Source: Bacteroidota bacterium (lineage in GTDB: Bacteria > Bacteroidota > Bacteroidia > Chitinophagales > Saprospiraceae). Taken from it: 64,000 bases of DNA. A model generated the notes under the pieces. That model worked only from the letters and a program-made list of their open reading frames with translations. It was not told the DNA's origin and did no database searches. The stretch spans positions 4,672 to 68,671 of the forward strand of contig JBCCDS010000029.1 of the NCBI GenBank assembly GCA_039030655.1, read 5' to 3'. Shown here piece by piece: positions 37,598 through 48,344 of this stretch; position 1 is the first letter of the stretch, and every line of letters starts with the position of its first letter. A program made the position numbers and the translations under genes.

Positions 37598-38200
37598 ATG
37601 CAATCCGAATTACCCCAATTGAATTTTGCCAAAGGAAACGGCCTCTTACCCGCCATCGTACAAGATGCCGACAGCCGGGTCGTACTCATGCTCGGCTACG
37701 TCAACGAAGCAGCCCTGGATAAAACCCTAGCCAGCGGGAAAGTGACCTTCTTTAGCCGATCCAAGGATCGCCTTTGGACCAAAGGGGAAAGCAGCGGCAA
37801 CTACCTGGAATTTGTCAGCTGGGCCGCCGACTGCGACCAGGACGCCTTACTCATTTTTGCTCGCCCGCAAGGACCAACCTGTCATACCGGCACCGACACT
37901 TGCTGGGGAGCAACTAATGAGGGCGACTTCCTCTCCTATCTGGAAAAGATTATTCATCAACGACGCGACAGCGACGACAGTGGTTCCTACACTAAAAGTC
38001 TTTTGGAGCGCGGAATCAATAAGGTCGCCCAGAAAGTAGGCGAGGAAGCCGTAGAACTAGTTATTGAAGCCAAGGACGACAATAAGGAGTTGTTTCTCGG
38101 CGAAGCAGCCGACCTGATGTATCACTACCTGGTCTTACTGGCGGCTAAAGGGTATACCCTCGAAGAGGTGCTAGCCGTTTTACGTAGCCGACATAGCTAG
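37598..38200 (+). CDS. hisIE: Bifunctional phosphoribosyl-AMP cyclohydrolase / phosphoribosyl-ATP pyrophosphatase
   Basis: 200 aa with GLLPAIVQD, SRSKDRLWTKGESSGN, CDQDALL and CHTG (HisI), then a C-terminal SYT..L...G..K...KVGEEA.E (HisE). Confidence 0.9.
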   Translation: MQSELPQLNFAKGNGLLPAIVQDADSRVVLMLGYVNEAALDKTLASGKVTFFSRSKDRLWTKGESSGNYLEFVSWAADCDQDALLIFARPQGPTCHTGTDTCWGATNEGDFLSYLEKIIHQRRDSDDSGSYTKSLLERGINKVAQKVGEEAVELVIEAKDDNKELFLGEAADLMYHYLVLLAAKGYTLEEVLAVLRSRHS

Positions 38201-38207
38201 AATAGGC

Positions 38208-40406
38208 TTAGACATTCAGCCAGTAGGTCCATTTAAAGACCAGCGCCCGGTTTTTCACACCTAGATCCAGACTGTCATAATTGTCGGTATAGACCAAAAA
38301 GATATCTGAGACCGGTGCGTAACGCCACTGCAAACGAGCGTTGAGATTGATGTTATCGATCTGGTCGTTGTACTGGATGAAAGTGGTCAGGAAGATGGAC
38401 TTGCTGAAGGTCAAATCGATGCGGGGACCAATCAGAAAAAGCGCGGTGCTCGCAAAAGGCGCAGGCAAATCAATGTAACTATAATCTACTCTTAAGTTAA
38501 TACTCCCATAGGGTTGATAACGATAGGTTAGGTTACCACCTACCCCATAACGGTAACCATTGAAAAATTCGCCGGCCTGGCCACGCAGGTTCATACTAAA
38601 TCGCTTGCGGCGATCCGTACTCCAACCGACATTGAAGCGTGTATAATTGTAGCCTTGCTGCCCAGGTAATTCTTCGGAATCCGTACGAGTAGGGTCGAAG
38701 CCCTCCAATAGGTAGATGTAATTATAATCCAGTCCGAAGCCGAAAGAGGAGGTATTATTGTATTCCCAGCCATAGTCTAATGAAACCCGCTGGTCAGTAA
38801 ATCCTTCTCCTTTACTGAAAAGGCTTACTGACTCCACGGAAAGTCCTCGTTCAACGACACTACTACCCACTGGATATTTTCGAAAGCGTAAATCTAAGGC
38901 GGGGCTAAAGTAACCGCGTCTTGGTACAAAGCCTACTTCAGCATCGAAATCCTCTCCTACGTACTGGTGGGAGTAGCCCACAGTAAAGTTTCGTCTTCTA
39001 CGCTCAATAATCAATCCATGACTAAGTGCTTCCGGCCCGGAGTCAGGACCAAAAGAGCCATGTAAATAGACCTTGCCATTCAGGTTGTTGTTATTGGTAG
39101 CCAGATTATAGTCCAGGCCAAATACTCGGTTGTAATCAAGATTGGTTTCAGTAGTATCGGCGAAGTTGCCAAAGTTTTGCTTGTTAACGAAAATGGCTCC
39201 TAGGTTCGAACGCGCGCCAATCAAACGTTGGGCTGTCGCCACTGTATAATTATAACTCGGCAGTCCATTTTCATAATTGGCCGCTGCCTGCATGTTCAAG
39301 AACCCTACGCGCCAGTTATTGTCTAGCTTACCGCTTAAGCGCGCACCGTAGTAAATAGGGTTCTGTAGTGCTTCCCCCGTACTGGTATCCCTGGTCACCC
39401 CGATCCGGCGGGAGAAAAACGGATTGGCCGAGCGCGTGCCGAAACTACCGAAGAGATCGGCATTCTCCAGAAAGAACTGTCGCCGCTCCGGGAAAAACAG
39501 CTCAAAACGGCTGGTATTAATCACCTGCTGGTCGACCTCCACTTGACTAAAATCAGGATTAAAGGTCAGGTCAAGATTCAGTCCACTGGAGATAGCCACT
39601 TTAGCATCGCCACCAATATTACTCGTGAAATCGTTTGGTTGGTTTTCCTCAAAATCGCGGGCTACTCCACCGCTGAGGTAAGGAATCAGCGCAATGCCAC
39701 TGCCTCGTTGTTGAGGCGGTTCTTCAAAAAAAACAGAGCCCATATAAGCCAGACTCATGATCATCTGGTTTTGAGGAATATGGTGCCAGGTAGAACGGGA
39801 ATTGGTCTGGGTATCGAAGCGATAGCTATTAAAATACCATTCTTTTTCTCCTTCCGGGAAGCGCAGTGACGACCACGGAATCCGCAATTCACAAGACCAG
39901 AAGCCCTCTCCGATATAACTATCTCCAAACCAGCGATTATCCCATTCTTCTCGAAAATCCCGGCCACTTTCTCCGCCGTTGTAAATCAAAGCTTCCCGGT
40001 TAACACCCAGCGGATTCATACCAAAAACGATGGCATTGGTTTTGTCTCTGAAGGGGTTGAAAAGAAAAGTGATGTTATCATTCCCCCCGGCCCGGTAATC
40101 CCGCCGCAGACTGCTGATTACATAATCGTCATCTGGCACGTACATCTTGGCTCCTATATAGAGAAAGTCGTCGTCCATCCCAAAATAGATCTCCGTCTGG
40201 TATACCGCGCGTTGCGTATCACTAGGGAAGGTTTCCCAAAAATCGGTGGCGGGTTGCGAGCTCAGCCAGGCTTCCTCATTCAGTACACCATCGATTTCAA
40301 TTGGCTCGTCAAAAATAGGAGCCGTTGCTGACTGTGGTAATTCCAGAGGTTGCGCCCAGCTGGTTAAGGCCAGGCACCAACTAAGCAGACAGAGGGGAAA
40401 TTTCAC
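38208..40406 (-). CDS. Outer-membrane/secreted protein with an N-terminal CBM9-like domain and a large beta-rich domain (DUF5916-like)
   Basis: 732 aa with a GTG start and signal peptide. N-terminal IDGVLNEEAWLSSQPATDFW resembles family-9 carbohydrate-binding modules. The long C-terminal part has alternating aromatic/Gly beta-strand patterns and ends in ...WTYWLNV. Confidence 0.55.
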   Translation of the reverse strand: MKFPLCLLSWCLALTSWAQPLELPQSATAPIFDEPIEIDGVLNEEAWLSSQPATDFWETFPSDTQRAVYQTEIYFGMDDDFLYIGAKMYVPDDDYVISSLRRDYRAGGNDNITFLFNPFRDKTNAIVFGMNPLGVNREALIYNGGESGRDFREEWDNRWFGDSYIGEGFWSCELRIPWSSLRFPEGEKEWYFNSYRFDTQTNSRSTWHHIPQNQMIMSLAYMGSVFFEEPPQQRGSGIALIPYLSGGVARDFEENQPNDFTSNIGGDAKVAISSGLNLDLTFNPDFSQVEVDQQVINTSRFELFFPERRQFFLENADLFGSFGTRSANPFFSRRIGVTRDTSTGEALQNPIYYGARLSGKLDNNWRVGFLNMQAAANYENGLPSYNYTVATAQRLIGARSNLGAIFVNKQNFGNFADTTETNLDYNRVFGLDYNLATNNNNLNGKVYLHGSFGPDSGPEALSHGLIIERRRRNFTVGYSHQYVGEDFDAEVGFVPRRGYFSPALDLRFRKYPVGSSVVERGLSVESVSLFSKGEGFTDQRVSLDYGWEYNNTSSFGFGLDYNYIYLLEGFDPTRTDSEELPGQQGYNYTRFNVGWSTDRRKRFSMNLRGQAGEFFNGYRYGVGGNLTYRYQPYGSINLRVDYSYIDLPAPFASTALFLIGPRIDLTFSKSIFLTTFIQYNDQIDNINLNARLQWRYAPVSDIFLVYTDNYDSLDLGVKNRALVFKWTYWLNV

Positions 40407-40753
40407 GCTAGGTTTTATTTGGGCCTACGAAGGTAACTTGCTACTTTTTAAGCGCCGTTGCTTTTTATAGTTCATTAACAAGCTTTTTCACTTCCGCAGG
40501 TGTAAGCGTCAAGCGTGTTTATTGATTTCCAATCGTTAAGAGGTTTGCTAAAAAATTAGAACCTAGTAATAACTGAGGACCTCGAAGAGTCCGAACGCAG
40601 GAGGATCTTTGAGCGTTCAGATAGTCCTCGGAATTGAGCGTCTAGCTATATCCATAGAGCACCATAGCTTTTGAAACTAGTAAGTCGGCTCAACTGTCGC
40701 ACCCAACCATTTCCAAATATGTCTCATCTTAGTGGTACAACTACTACCGATTT

Positions 40754-41080
40754 ATGAAGTTACTCGGCTCACGTACCCCTAAGCATCAGCAATTCAAGTA
40801 CAAACCCCGTTTCTGGGATCCGGAAAAGGAAGAGTTAGAAGCACGTCGCAAACGGCGGGAGAAACTACAGGAAGACGGTATTGATGGCGCTAAAGAGCGT
40901 ATCCGCTCAGGTTTTGTCACGGGGCGAGGCGGGGCTGCTAGTGGCCGTTATCGCACCCAACAGGTCCGTCGTTCTAATTTCACCTTCCTGATCGTAGTAG
41001 CAGCATTGGTCGTTTTAGCCGTCTTATTATTGGTGGTATACCTCCCCCGTTTTGAAGCCTGGCTGGGCAGTGCGGGATAG
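40754..41080 (+). CDS. Small basic protein with a C-terminal TM anchor; function unknown
   Basis: 108 aa with an Arg/Lys-rich N-terminal half and a single TM segment FTFLIVVAALVVLAVLLLVVYL. Lies 30 nt upstream of mutL. Confidence 0.5.
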   Translation: MKLLGSRTPKHQQFKYKPRFWDPEKEELEARRKRREKLQEDGIDGAKERIRSGFVTGRGGAASGRYRTQQVRRSNFTFLIVVAALVVLAVLLLVVYLPRFEAWLGSAG

Positions 41081-41109
41081 CGTGATCTAATCCCTATCTT
41101 TGGGCTGGC

Positions 41110-43137
41110 ATGGAGCAAGATGTAATTCAATTGTTGCCCGACGCAATTGCCAATCAAATTGCGGCGGGAGAGGTGATTCAGCGGCCGGCCAGTGTGGTCA
41201 AGGAGCTGCTGGAAAATGCTATCGACGCCGGTGGACAAAACCTACAACTCATCCTCAAGGATGGTGGCAAAACTCTAATTCAGATTATCGACGACGGCTG
41301 CGGTATGTCTGAAACCGACGCGCGTATGTCGCTCGAAAGGCACGCAACCAGTAAATTGCGCACAGCGGATGACTTGTTCCGCCTCCGCACCATGGGTTTT
41401 CGCGGTGAAGCTTTACCCAGTATTGCCTCCGTAGCTCACCTAGAGATCAGAACCCGGCGGCATAACGACGAATTAGGCACACTGATCCAGGTAGAAGGAA
41501 GTACGCTTAAAAAGCAAGAAGCCTGCCAGTGCCCTCCCGGCACCAGTATGTCCGTCAAACATCTCTTTTTCAACGTACCGGCTCGGAGGAATTTCCTAAA
41601 AAGCGACTCCGTAGAATACAAGCACATCCGGGAAGAGTTTGTGCGTATCACACTGGCCCATCCGGAAATTTCCTTTTCGCTCTACAACAATGACCAGCTG
41701 GAGTTACAGCTGCCAGCCACCAAGCTACGGCGGCGGGTACTCGCCCTCTTTCCCAAGCGATTGGAGAGTATGCTGGTCCCTATCGAAGAAGAGACCGACA
41801 TCCTCTCGATCCGTGGTTTTGTTGGTAAACCCAGTGCCGCCAAGAAGTCGCGGGGTGAGCAATACTTCTTCGTCAATGATCGCTTCATCCGCTCCAGCTA
41901 CCTCAATCACGCCGTAGTATCGGCCTACGATGAGTTGCTGGCCGAAAAAGCGTATCCATTTTACATCATCTTTCTGGAGGTCGAGCCCGACCGGATTGAC
42001 ATCAACGTGCACCCCACCAAACAGGAAATCAAGTTTGAAGACGAGCGCCTGATCTACAACTTCCTCAAGGCTACCATCCGTTATGGCCTGGGGCGAGCCA
42101 GCATTACACCTACACTAGACTTTGAATCCGATAACGTTTTCCACCCTTCCAAGATAGGCTCTTTACGCTCTGAAGGAAGTCAGCTGGAACCTAGTCAACC
42201 TTTACCCTCAAAAATCAACGCGGGAGCAGCTGCTACACCCACAGAAAACCCCCAGCAAGTTTCGACCCCGCCAGCTCACCCATTCAGCGGTAGCGACAGT
42301 AGGCAGGACGACGCGCGAGGATCAAAACCTCCGCGGGAGGTTTCGACCGGCGGAAGTACACCAACTACCCCACGAACCGGCAGTAGTGAAGGCATCCGGC
42401 AGGCTAATAATTTGCGTAACTGGGAGCGCCTCTACGACGTACTGGGGCAAGAAGCAGAAACGCCTGCGGCCGACAGTAGCTTTAGTTTTGGCGACGAGGA
42501 AGAAAGTGAAATTTTACCCAGTCGATTCTCCAGCGACGAGCCCGAAGATGGACCCAAGCGAAAGGCAGGAGAGAAGCCACCCTATCAGCTACATCTCCGC
42601 TACATCGTGAGCCCGTTAAAAAGCGGTTTACTGTTAATCGACCAGCAGGCGGCCCACGAGCGCATTCTCTACGAGCAGTTCTTGCGGCAACTGCGCGAGC
42701 AAAACAGCCCTTCGCAGCAGAGTCTTTTCCCCCAAACGCTCGAACTATCCGTGGCGGAAGCCGGTTTATTGACCGAAATTCTACCCGATCTAAAAGAGCT
42801 GGGTTTTGACCTGGAACCATTCGGAGGACAATCCTTCATCATCCGCGGTGTGCCAGCTGAGCTGGCGGGAAAAACCAACGAATTAGAGCTGGTGCAGCAA
42901 CTCCTTGCCCGTTACGCAGAAAACCTGGATCCTGAGCTGGATGCCCACGAAAAAGTGGCTCGCTCGCTGGCCCGCTCCGCGGCTACCCGGCCTGGTCAAG
43001 AACTGAGTCAGGCGGAGATGTACAGCCTGATTTCCCAGCTTTTTGCCTGTGAGCAGCACCAGTTTAACCCCGGTGGTAAGCGACGTTGTTTCATTACTTT
43101 CGAACTGGATGAGTTAGAACGCCGTTTTCAACTGTAA
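41110..43137 (+). CDS. mutL: DNA mismatch repair protein MutL
   Basis: 675 aa with a GHKL ATPase N-terminus (IAAGEVIQRPASVVKELLENAIDAG, DDGCGM, GFRGEAL), a Pro/Ser-rich linker, and a C-terminal dimerisation domain. Confidence 0.92.
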   Translation: MEQDVIQLLPDAIANQIAAGEVIQRPASVVKELLENAIDAGGQNLQLILKDGGKTLIQIIDDGCGMSETDARMSLERHATSKLRTADDLFRLRTMGFRGEALPSIASVAHLEIRTRRHNDELGTLIQVEGSTLKKQEACQCPPGTSMSVKHLFFNVPARRNFLKSDSVEYKHIREEFVRITLAHPEISFSLYNNDQLELQLPATKLRRRVLALFPKRLESMLVPIEEETDILSIRGFVGKPSAAKKSRGEQYFFVNDRFIRSSYLNHAVVSAYDELLAEKAYPFYIIFLEVEPDRIDINVHPTKQEIKFEDERLIYNFLKATIRYGLGRASITPTLDFESDNVFHPSKIGSLRSEGSQLEPSQPLPSKINAGAAATPTENPQQVSTPPAHPFSGSDSRQDDARGSKPPREVSTGGSTPTTPRTGSSEGIRQANNLRNWERLYDVLGQEAETPAADSSFSFGDEEESEILPSRFSSDEPEDGPKRKAGEKPPYQLHLRYIVSPLKSGLLLIDQQAAHERILYEQFLRQLREQNSPSQQSLFPQTLELSVAEAGLLTEILPDLKELGFDLEPFGGQSFIIRGVPAELAGKTNELELVQQLLARYAENLDPELDAHEKVARSLARSAATRPGQELSQAEMYSLISQLFACEQHQFNPGGKRRCFITFELDELERRFQL

Positions 43138-43177
43138 TTATCCGTAGTGCGGGTGATTAAAACTGAAAGCCTCCTTC

Positions 43178-44005
43178 ATGCGCCTCACACCGGTTGTCAA
43201 AAATTTACTGATCCTCAATGTTGGTCTGTTCATCATCGTTCTCGTAAGTGAAATGATGGGGAACTATATGGGTCTAAAAGGCCTACTCTCCTTGCACTAC
43301 CCCAGCAGCGAGCTGTTTCGTCCCTTTCAGCTGGTATCACACTTCTTCATGCATGCGGACTTCATGCACATCGCCTTCAATATGTTTGCCCTGGTGATGT
43401 TTGGCCCACCGATTGAGAGCATGTGGGGACCAAAGCGCTTTTTGACTTTTTATATACTCTGCGCGCTTGGTTCTGCGGCCCTACACCTGGGTTATACCTG
43501 GTGGGAGGTGGATCAACTACAAGCTCAAATTGCTCAGTGGTGGACAACCCTGGATTACGACACCTACTACGAACTGGCCAGCAATTCTTTCTGGGCAGCC
43601 CAGGCAGAATTGGATCAGGCTAATGCCGTTTTGCAAGCCCTAGGCAACGGTAATCTAGAATTTGTCCGCCAAGAGGGCCCGGAGGTAATGGCTAATATTG
43701 TCGGCAATAAGGTTGACATTCCTATGCTGGGGGCTTCTGGTGCCATTTTTGGGGTGCTACTTGCCTTTGGGATGCAGTTTCCCGATCTCAAACTCATGTT
43801 GCTCTTCTTCCCCGTCCCCGTCAAGGCGCGTTACTTCATTCCAGCCATCATGGCCTTGGAGCTTTTCCTGGGTGTACAGCGCTACAGCTGGGACAACATG
43901 GCGCACTTTGCTCACCTTGGAGGCGCACTGATAGGCTTAATTCTTATTTTGTACTGGCGCAGGTTTGACCCTCCCGTTGGTAATCGCTGGGACCAAAATG
44001 CATAA
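43178..44005 (+). CDS. Rhomboid family intramembrane serine protease
   Basis: 275 aa, polytopic, with HFFMHADFMHIAFNM, catalytic GASGAIFG, and AHLGG. Confidence 0.85.
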   Translation: MRLTPVVKNLLILNVGLFIIVLVSEMMGNYMGLKGLLSLHYPSSELFRPFQLVSHFFMHADFMHIAFNMFALVMFGPPIESMWGPKRFLTFYILCALGSAALHLGYTWWEVDQLQAQIAQWWTTLDYDTYYELASNSFWAAQAELDQANAVLQALGNGNLEFVRQEGPEVMANIVGNKVDIPMLGASGAIFGVLLAFGMQFPDLKLMLLFFPVPVKARYFIPAIMALELFLGVQRYSWDNMAHFAHLGGALIGLILILYWRRFDPPVGNRWDQNA

Positions 44006-44090
44006 AATGTATTCGCTAAATCCAGGCTTTACCCAACCAAACGGCTAACTCCTCCGTTGACATATTGGTCCAAAGGCCAACATAGCTACT

Positions 44091-45047
44091 ATGCTGCAAT
44101 CTATCTGGGACGATATCAAACGGGAATTTGACTATGGTAACATGATCAAGCGGATCATCATAGTCAATATCGCCGTGTACGTGGCCATCAATCTGATTTG
44201 GGTCATCATTATCGGCACTGCCCCGGATTTGTACCGGGCCATTATTCGCAATCTATCGGTAGCAGCCGATCCATGGTTCATCCTCACGCATCCCTGGACG
44301 CTGATTACCCACATGTTCCTCCACGAGGGCTTCATGCATATTCTCTTCAATATGCTGTTCCTTTTTTGGTTTGGGCGCATTTTCGGTGATTTGCTGGGAG
44401 ATCGACGGGTATTTCCGCTCTATTTACTGGGCGGCTTAGCTGGTGCCGTAGCCGTTATTCTAGTCGGCAATTTAGGGTTCATCGGTCCAGATTTGAACGT
44501 CCCGGCCATGGGGGCTAGTGCGGCCGTTATGGCCATCTTGGTAGCTGCGGGTATGTTTGCGCCCAATTATGAGATACACCTTCTTTTATTGGGGCGGGTA
44601 AAACTGAAGTGGATTGTACTGGCCCTGGTCTTCATGAATATCCTGGGCGTGCGTGCCGCTACTAATGCTGGTGGTGCCTGGGGACATTTAGGGGGCATAC
44701 TTATGGGTTTTGTCTACGCCTATCAGTTGCAACGAGGTAATGATCTGGCTGCTCCGGTAATCCGCTGGATCAATGGTGTAGAAAACTTCTGGAGCCGACT
44801 ATGGTCTAGCAGGAAGAAAAAGCGCCCCGGTCCACGGGCGGCCTTCCGCCGTGGAGAATCAGTTAAAGCCGGAGTAGGGAAAAAAGATAAGGCGCGTCGG
44901 CAAAAGGGTAGCTCCAGTTCCAAGACGCGGCCAATACGCAGTCATCAAGAAGAGCTTGACGCCATTCTGGACAAAATCAAGGAACAGGGCTACGAGTCGC
45001 TCAGCCCTGAAGAAAAAGCCTTCCTCTTCCGCGCTAGTGAAAAGTAG
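44091..45047 (+). CDS. Rhomboid family intramembrane serine protease with a basic C-terminal tail
   Basis: 318 aa with HMFLHEGFMHILFNM, GASAAVMA and GHLGG, plus a Lys/Arg-rich tail. Confidence 0.85.
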   Translation: MLQSIWDDIKREFDYGNMIKRIIIVNIAVYVAINLIWVIIIGTAPDLYRAIIRNLSVAADPWFILTHPWTLITHMFLHEGFMHILFNMLFLFWFGRIFGDLLGDRRVFPLYLLGGLAGAVAVILVGNLGFIGPDLNVPAMGASAAVMAILVAAGMFAPNYEIHLLLLGRVKLKWIVLALVFMNILGVRAATNAGGAWGHLGGILMGFVYAYQLQRGNDLAAPVIRWINGVENFWSRLWSSRKKKRPGPRAAFRRGESVKAGVGKKDKARRQKGSSSSKTRPIRSHQEELDAILDKIKEQGYESLSPEEKAFLFRASEK

Positions 45048-45058
45048 TGTCAATAAAC

Positions 45059-45066
45059 TATCTTTG
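45059..45066 (+). promoter_or_regulatory. Candidate -7 box TATCTTTG upstream of efp
   Basis: TAnnTTTG match 56 nt upstream of the efp ATG. No clear -33 TTTG was seen. Confidence 0.25.
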
Positions 45067-45121
45067 CCGGCGCTTTAAGTAGTGAATTGGCTTTTCAAAT
45101 CAGATAGAACCTAGCTTACCA

Positions 45122-45688
45122 ATGGCCAAAACATCGGACATCCGTAAAGGCTTATGCATCAAGCATAGCAACGACATTTTCACTGTCGTCGAGTTTCAGC
45201 ACGTTAAACCAGGAAAAGGTGCCGCTTTCGTTCGCACTAAACTCAAGAGCCTGACCACGGGTCGAGTGCTGGATAACACCTTTCCTGCCGGTCACAAGAT
45301 CGACGAGGTAAGAGTAGAGCGTCACAAGATGCAATACCTGTATGAAGATGGTACTGCTTACCACTTTATGAATACGGAATCTTATGAGCAAGTAGGCCTC
45401 GATGGAAAACTGCTCGACAATGCCGGCTTACTCAAAGAGGGCATGATTGTAGAAGTGCTCTACAACACGGAGGATAACAATCCCTTGACCTTAGAAATGC
45501 CACAATACGTGGAAATGGAAGTAACTTACACCGAACCCGGTGTGAAGGGAGATACTGCCACCAATACCCTCAAGCCCGCTACGGTAGAAACCGGAGCAGA
45601 AGTGCGCGTACCTTTATTCATTAACCAGGGAGACCATATTCGGATTGACACTGCTAGCGGTGCCTACATGGAGCGTGTCAAAAAATAA
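45122..45688 (+). CDS. efp: Elongation factor P
   Basis: 188 aa with the [21 protein letters not shown] signature containing the conserved loop lysine. Confidence 0.93.
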   Translation: MAKTSDIRKGLCIKHSNDIFTVVEFQHVKPGKGAAFVRTKLKSLTTGRVLDNTFPAGHKIDEVRVERHKMQYLYEDGTAYHFMNTESYEQVGLDGKLLDNAGLLKEGMIVEVLYNTEDNNPLTLEMPQYVEMEVTYTEPGVKGDTATNTLKPATVETGAEVRVPLFINQGDHIRIDTASGAYMERVKK

Positions 45689-45698
45689 CAGCGACCTT

Positions 45699-46199
45699 AT
45701 GACTTTCAAGGAAATTCAAGAGCTCATTAAGCTCATCACCAAGACCGAGCTTGCCGAGTTCAAGATTAAGGATGGCGATTTCCAGCTGCACATTCGTGGC
45801 AAGGAAGCCGCTCCTACCGAAACCACCCAAGTAATCAGTGTGCCCCAGGTAGCTCCGGCAGCTTTTGCCCCAGCTCCAGCAGCAGCCCCGGCTCCAACGC
45901 CAGCAGCAGCGGCTCCGGCAGCAGCCCCAGCTGAACCAGCTCCGGCAAGTGATGCCAATTTACTGGAGATTCGTTCACCAATGATTGGTACTTTCTATCG
46001 TTCTGCCAGCCCAGACAAGCCACCTTACGCTAAGGTGGGAGACAGTGTCAACAAAGGTGACGTAGTCTGTATCGTAGAAGCGATGAAGCTCTTCAACGAT
46101 ATTGAGTCAGAAGTAAGCGGTAAGATCGTTAAGGTATTGGTCGAAGACGCCCAGCCGATTGAATACGATCAGGTACTGTTTTTAGTGGACCCTTCTTAA
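45699..46199 (+). CDS. accB: Acetyl-CoA carboxylase biotin carboxyl carrier protein
   Basis: Start trimmed to the ATG at 45699 ([13 protein letters not shown]). Ala/Pro-rich linker and the biotinylation motif [10 protein letters not shown]. Confidence 0.9.
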   Translation: MTFKEIQELIKLITKTELAEFKIKDGDFQLHIRGKEAAPTETTQVISVPQVAPAAFAPAPAAAPAPTPAAAAPAAAPAEPAPASDANLLEIRSPMIGTFYRSASPDKPPYAKVGDSVNKGDVVCIVEAMKLFNDIESEVSGKIVKVLVEDAQPIEYDQVLFLVDPS

Positions 46200-46280
46200 G
46201 GGAGGATATTTTACCGTAGGAGCTTCCTCTGTTGTTGGGGCTATTCGCCACAGCAGATTGCTCTACTAAGCCAAATTCCA

Positions 46281-47639
46281 ATGGCAGAAAAGTTCAAGAA
46301 AGTCCTTATCGCAAATCGGGGCGAAATTGCCCTGCGCATTATTCGCACCTGTCGGGAGATGGGCATCAAAACGGTTGCAGTTTATTCTACCGCAGACCGT
46401 GAAAGTCTACACGTGCGCTTTGCCGACGAAGCCGTTTGTATCGGACCACCCTCATCGTCTGAATCTTACCTGAGTATACCCAAGATAATGGCAGCGGTGG
46501 AAATCACCAATGCCGATGCGGTACACCCTGGCTATGGCTTCCTGTCCGAGAATGCTGACTTCGCTGAAGTTTGCACTGAATACGGGATCAAGTTTATCGG
46601 CCCCACCCCAGAGCAGATCCGTATGATGGGCGATAAAGTAACGGCCAAGGATACGATGATCAAGGCCGGCGTGCCGGTTGTGCCGGGTAGTGATGGTCTG
46701 ATTTCTGGTCCGGATGAAGGAAAAATCCTCGCGAAGGACATCGGTTATCCGATCATGATCAAGGCAACCGCCGGCGGCGGCGGCAAAGGCATGCGGATCG
46801 TTCCCGATGAAGCATCCTTTGAAGCTCTATGGGAAAGTGCCCGTAAAGAAGCAGAGGCCAGCTTTGGTAATGCGGGGATCTACATGGAGAAATTCGTGGA
46901 GGAGCCTCGTCACATCGAATTCCAAATTATCGGCGATCAATTCGGAAAAGTCATTCACCTCTCGGAGCGAGATTGCTCTATTCAACGGCGCCACCAGAAG
47001 CTGTTGGAAGAGTGCCCAAGTCCGTTCATGACCGATGAATTGCGGGAAGCGATGGGCGAAGCAGCCATTCGCGCTGGTGAGTTCATTAAGTACGAAGGCG
47101 TTGGTACGGTCGAATTTCTAGTGGACAAGTACCGCAAATTCTACTTTATGGAGATGAATACCCGTATCCAGGTAGAACACCCGGTAACCGAGGAGGTCAT
47201 CGACCACGATCTGATCAAAGAGCAAATCAAGATTGCTTACGGCGAGCCTATTGAAGGCGGTAACTACTTGCCACAGGGCCACGCTATGGAGTGTCGGATC
47301 AATGCAGAAGACCCTTTCAATGATTTTCGCCCAAGTCCAGGTCGCATTAGTAGCTTCCATAGCTCCAAAGGCCACGGCGTACGCGTTGACACACACGTTT
47401 ATGCGGGATACGGAATACCGCCCTACTACGACAGTATGATCGCCAAACTGATCTGCCGGGCGCGTACGCGAGAAGACTGTATCAAAAAAATGGAACGAGC
47501 TTTGGATGAATTCATCATCGAGGGTATCAAGACTACGGTCCCCTTCCATCAATGGCTGCTCAAACAGCAGGACTTCAAGGATGGTAATTTCGATACCAGC
47601 TGGCTATCCACCCAGAATCCATCAGAAGAAGAAAGCTGA
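46281..47639 (+). CDS. accC: Acetyl-CoA carboxylase biotin carboxylase subunit
   Basis: 452 aa with [26 protein letters not shown]-grasp [10 protein letters not shown], and [14 protein letters not shown]. Confidence 0.93.
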   Translation: MAEKFKKVLIANRGEIALRIIRTCREMGIKTVAVYSTADRESLHVRFADEAVCIGPPSSSESYLSIPKIMAAVEITNADAVHPGYGFLSENADFAEVCTEYGIKFIGPTPEQIRMMGDKVTAKDTMIKAGVPVVPGSDGLISGPDEGKILAKDIGYPIMIKATAGGGGKGMRIVPDEASFEALWESARKEAEASFGNAGIYMEKFVEEPRHIEFQIIGDQFGKVIHLSERDCSIQRRHQKLLEECPSPFMTDELREAMGEAAIRAGEFIKYEGVGTVEFLVDKYRKFYFMEMNTRIQVEHPVTEEVIDHDLIKEQIKIAYGEPIEGGNYLPQGHAMECRINAEDPFNDFRPSPGRISSFHSSKGHGVRVDTHVYAGYGIPPYYDSMIAKLICRARTREDCIKKMERALDEFIIEGIKTTVPFHQWLLKQQDFKDGNFDTSWLSTQNPSEEES

Positions 47640-47694
47640 TCAAAGAACTGGAGTCATCCCAAACTCTGAGCCGCTGTTCTAGCCTTATAGTTTG

Positions 47695-47911
47695 AAGGCT
47701 GCGCAGCAGCGCTCGACCATTACCCACTATTTTTTTAGAACGCGGATCTTTTCTTTTAGGAAGGTAAATGCCTGGGGCAGTGTAGAGGCAATAATGCGCC
47801 AGTGCGCTCAGCCAGTCGTGAGTAGCAGCATGGGAGCGGATGACCACTCACCTGCGGTTCGTTGCACGGATTTCGGTTGCTGCTAGGAGCTTGGTCTACA
47901 GTTTATTCAGT
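47695..47911. repeat. Intergenic repeat, copy 1 (~217 bp)
   Basis: Aligns along its whole length with 48088-48300 (same orientation, estimated by eye at 75-80 percent identity). Begins AAGGCTGCGCAGCAGCGCTCG and ends CAGTTTAT[TC]CAGT. Confidence 0.8.
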
Positions 47912-48087
47912 GGAGGAATCTGCGCGCAAAACTTCAGTTTTGGGTAGATCCGCTATACATCCAGTACTACGAAGAACGCTTTGGAAGAAGCCCATGAAAT
48001 AAACCGACTAGCCTCCAAATCAAAGCCCCAAAGTTGGCCCTGGCCAACATCTGCGGTAATCCGCGAACATCTCATCTGCGCCCAAAA

Positions 48088-48300
48088 AAGGCTGCGCAGC
48101 AGCGCTCGGCCACTATCCACCATTTTTTGGAATACGGATCTTTTTTATTGGGAAGGGAAATGCCGGGGGTAGTATAGGGTCAATACGCCAATGCACTCAG
48201 CCAATGGCGGGAAGCAGCATTGGAGCGGATGAGCACTCACCTACGGCTCGTTGCACGGATTATGGTCGCTGCTGGAAGGTAAGCCTCCAGTTTATCCAGT
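48088..48300. repeat. Intergenic repeat, copy 2 (~213 bp)
   Basis: Direct repeat of 47695-47911, offset by 393 bp. Both copies lie in the 705-bp non-coding gap between accC and rlmB. Confidence 0.8.
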
Positions 48301-48344
48301 TAATTGAATTTTCCATTCTCCCTAAAATTAGGGATGACTCCTAT

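Noticed and set aside
47692-48172. ORFs 47692-47886 (64 aa) and 47981-48172 (63 aa) in the accC-rlmB gap.
   Set aside because: They overlap the two nucleotide repeats, but the reading frames are not preserved between copies. Neither has a start context or a recognisable motif. The region is more likely non-coding repeat DNA.
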